NCBI GenBank assembly: GCA_002269645.1
Contig: NIVC01003709.1
Location: 17,399 to 81,398 of the forward strand
DNA: 64,000 bases
Source: Macrostomum lignano
Lineage: Eukaryota
Direction of reading: 5' to 3'
Under the pieces are notes generated by a model that worked only from the letters and a program-made list of their open reading frames with translations, made no database searches and was not told the DNA's origin. Below, in pieces: positions 60,255-64,000 of the stretch (its first letter is position 1; each line of letters opens with the position of its first letter). The position numbers were made by a program, and so were the translations under genes.

Positions 60255-61847
60255 TTAGACGAAAAACCTTAGTTTAGGAATAGTACTCAAGCCTAGGCAA
60301 GCTAAGGTCAACAGGCCGGCCGGGCCCGGTCTCAGGTCCGGGCAGAGCTGATCAAAATCGTAGCATAACGAGGCGTCGCAATGAGCAGATTGAGTGAGAT
60401 CGAGAGCGCCGCACACTGGCTGAGCTCGCTCGCCGGCAAGGTAGGTGCCATCGACCAAATTAAAGCCGTCCTGTATGCCCAATGTAAGATCTAGGGCGCC
60501 GTCCTTGCTCAAAGTGAACGAGGAGATCGGTGGTAGGACGCAAGAGGAATACACGGCTGTGTGGGGTGGAGGCGGGTGCTGCGCTGGCGGTGGAGGCGGC
60601 GGCTGCGCAGTTGGAGCAGACTGGCTCGGAGCCAGGCGCAGGGGTGTGGCAGCAGCTGCTGTTTCTGCTGCTGCTGTTGCCACCGCAGTTACAGACGGAG
60701 ATGTCGCATTGGTTGCGGCTGAACCGCCGCTGGTGGCTGAGAAAGGACAGAGAAAAAGAATGAATATTAATTTTTATCTTGTAATACATTGTCTATCTCC
60801 ACAGTTGCCACACTGCCCTGTCATGCAAAATGAGTGCCTGTGGCGCTAAAATGAGTGGCTGTGGCGCTAAAATGAGTGCCTGTGGCGCCAAAATGAGTGC
60901 CTGTGGCGCCAAAATGAGTGCCTGTGGCGCTAAAATGAGTGCCTGCGGCGCCAAAATGAGTGCCTGCAGCGCCAAAATGAGTGCCTGCGACGCCAAAATG
61001 AGCGCTGACAACACCGATTCTCAAAATAATGTGCATGTAGGAATTTAGTCATGTACATGTAAAATTCTTGGCTTTGTCCCCCCCACCGTAAAATCCATGG
61101 CGACGCCCCTGCAAATTGTCAGTCAGTCAAATTGCTTGAGACAATCGCCGTTTTCCCCTTGCTTCGGGCTGACCTTCACAGGCATGAATCGTACGACCAA
61201 AACCCCAAGCCAAGTACGAAACTTCGCCGCACACGAAATCGAGCCCAGGCATCTTAGTGCTAAAATTTGTTCTGCTCTGTCCGAATGCAGACACATGACT
61301 GATTCTTTAGAATCTTCAACACGTTCAGAGTTTCAACTATAATGTCCATCCACGCTTTAAAACTTGTGTACAATCAAAATTTTACCATCAAGCGGCTCGT
61401 CCGCATGCCAGCGCTTCCGATGCTTGCGCAAATTTCCGGGATCTTTGAAAGCTTTGCCGCAGTGCCGGCAGTTGTGCAGCTGGCCCGGTGGCCGCGCTCG
61501 CAGCGACTCTTGTCAGCCGAATGGGCAAATCGTTTGCCGCAGACTGAGCAGGCGTGGCGCCGCTCCTCTGGTAGCTGATGAGATTCCAGATGCCGGCGTA
61601 GGTAAGCCTCGGTGTTAAAACGCTTGCCGCAGTGCACGCAGGCATGTTGCAACTCATTTGCGTGCAGAGCTGCGTGCTGCTGCAGCTGGTAGCGATACAG
61701 GAACGGCTTTTCCGAGCGCTTGCAGCCGCGCCACTGGCAGGCCAAACTGTCGCCTGATTCCAATTTGGCCGCGTGCGACATCACGTGATTGGCCAAGTCG
61801 GATTGCACACAACCGACTGGGCAACCTCGCCACAGGCATTCAAGCAT
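60255..61847 (-). CDS. Divergent GLI/GLIS-like five-finger C2H2 transcription factor; exons 61847-61386 and 60736-60255 (1-nt gap at ~61485 as written)
   Basis: Tandem CLWRGC/CQWRGC fingers 1-2; finger 4 FAHSADKSRC; finger 5 CRHCGKAFKDPGNLRKH...H, found in the shifted frame (compare GLI DPSSLRKH). Donor GAT G|GTAAAA and acceptor TTTCTCAG|CC are both phase 1. Confidence 0.8.
60826..61010. repeat. 21-bp minisatellite, ~9 units, intron of the GLI-like gene
   Basis: Unit AAAATGAGTGCCTGTGGCGCC. Confidence 0.95.
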
Positions 61848-64000
61848 TGTTTTACAGATCGCTGTGGGATTTTGTATGGTAAATTTGCACTTTTAACAAC
61901 AATAATCGCAGGATACTGAGGTGGCTGAGGAAATTCTACCCATCCCACTAGCTCCTGAGCACATACACGAATATAGTCACGCTGACAATGCCCAGTGGCC
62001 CTGACTTTCAAATCGTCAGGCATGTACACTCTCTGCGCCTTGGGGGTTGGCCTTCATAGGTGTGATTTGCACAACAGCCAATTTTATGCACAAGCTCTAA
62101 AATACCATGGAATTGTGGTGTGAGAACTTTAGTTTTACAATACAATTTTCTTAACACACAGTGTTTTGTGTTGAGTAGTGAAGATAGGCTACCAGTTTCA
62201 GAGGTACAAGTAATGTACTACTTAAACAAGCTATAGCCCACTCAGTATATAATTACTTAATATATTTAGGGCTGGAATGTCACAAAATACTTAATAGGCA
62301 GGGGAATAACTAGAAATTTTGTTTGGAGGTATTGTTTTTCATCCCAAGTTTTCAACTTCTACTTAGAAAGTTAGAAGCACTCTTATCAATTTTTACTTAT
62401 TATATGTAAAACAAGCTAGAGTTAAGTATTGCTATTCAAATCTGGGAAAATAATTCAGAGTTCATATAAATTAAAAGATTGGTCATAGCCTATCAAATCA
62501 AAGCCTATCTAAAAATGGCTAATGTAAATTAACCTTATATAGTAATGTAATGATTATGAAATGATATAAGATAATTAAAAAAGGCTAAGGTTAGAATGGA
62601 TATTTTAGAATGGATATATAGATGTTAAAAGTAAAGTAAGTCTATTGTAGCCAAAGTTTTTGAAGATATTAATCTTAGCTCTATTAGACAAACTAATCCT
62701 TACTACAAATGCTTTTTAGCATATATTTAAATTTTAGCTTTGGCAAACCATAGCATTTTATTAGTTAATAGGAATTTATAATTTATATATTCATTGGCAG
62801 CAATAAAGGTACTAAAGTGCTATTGCTTTTTACCTTTAAATTATAAGACCATAAACTATAAGCAATCAAAGAACTAATATATGTGGCAGACTTTAAGAAT
62901 GCCCACCCCCCCTGACATAGGCCTATATCCTGATTCCTGGCTACATGCCTGATACCAATTATTATCTAGCTACAATTTCCACTTTATAAATATATTTAAA
63001 AAAGGGTCCTAAAGTTTAGCCAAAAAAATTAAAGCAGTTATTATAGCATCAACCTTTTCTATTGCTAGCTAGGCCTAATGGCATTGCCATTTCTTCCTAT
63101 AGATATTATAGCAAGCACCTATAAATTCGGTATCTATATATGCTTTTTGATGCTTGTGCTTTTTTGTGCCAAGTATTTTGGTATTGCATATTAGTTATAA
63201 GCTATGCAATCATAGTAAAATAATCACAATTGACAAATAATTGTTAACAAGTTTACCTAGATATGAATGGACTGATGGGCACATATGTCCCAGTGTCCCC
63301 CCTGGCCTTTGTGCCTTGGCTATGCTCCTCCATGCGTATAGAATAAGTGCATAGGCTATATATTTACAATATCTTAAGAAAAATATTGTATAAAAACATA
63401 TTGTGTTAGTAAGTGATAGCTGATAGGCCTAGTAAAGCTGTAGAACCACTTGACAAAGGCATAGAGGCTTAAAGGAAAGTTAGGCCTATATATATACTTA
63501 TCGTTTTATCTTTATACAAATTCAGTTTTTTATTGTTTTTAACTTTTAAAAAATAATATAGGCCTAATTGGCTGAAATTTTATACTATAGTATAATTTTA
63601 CAACAATAAATTATATGAGTTTATAATACATTTTATGATTTTTAAACTTTCAGGTTTTAAGTACGCTGGCAGACGAATAGTATAGTTCCCGAGTAAAGAA
63701 CTCTTATACAGCTAAGTCATCATTCAATCAGTGCAGTCAGTCATCGATGATGTCATGTCAATTGTTTCCTAGAAAGGTATACGATTTAATTAATAGTAAA
63801 TGAATGAGGTTCAAAAAATCAAACTATATACCACATTAGCTTTTCTGAGGCATCAAGATGTTTAACAAGTAAGTCAAGAAAAAAATTTATAGAAATTTTA
63901 ACATTATTATTTAGTACTTACGTTACTCTTGAATGTCGTTCAAATCCCAACACTATTTTTTAAAAGTTTGCCTACGCCTGCAATGACCTCATACACATGG

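Overview
Eukaryotic (metazoan) genomic DNA; no prokaryotic features, no CRISPR, and no recognisable rRNA/tRNA genes. GC-rich exons, AT-rich spacers, minisatellite-filled introns and poly-Q/A linkers suggest a Macrostomum-like flatworm (inference only). Ten host protein-coding genes were modelled by hand, all on the minus strand: TDRKH/PAPI (2 exons), TAB1-like (4 exons), an uncharacterised four-repeat-domain protein (4 exons), an intronless PIP5K1-like probable pseudokinase, intronless katanin p60, an intronless low-complexity 656-aa protein, MED22, MCM6 (7 exons), an intronless RGS7-family gene, and a divergent five-finger GLI/GLIS-like gene (2 exons). Mobile DNA includes a truncated Ty3/Gypsy element just downstream of the TDRKH stop codon, a near-intact 1307-bp DD34D mariner inserted in a minisatellite, several MITEs (MULE-like, Tc1/mariner-like, hAT-like, TTAA-flanked), and a TIR family carrying an 80-bp satellite whose two inverted copies bracket katanin. 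About 19 distinct tandem arrays cover roughly 11-12 kb, and 11 of 14 modelled introns hold their own array. The most notable items are the 35-bp TAB1 intronic array, whose unit is a bipartite TCF site (CTTTGAT + GCCGCCA); the one-strand gene cluster; the PIP5K catalytic Asp-to-Asn change; and recurrent 1-nt losses in short homopolymers (MCM6, GLI-like, mariner, Gypsy), which are probably assembly errors.
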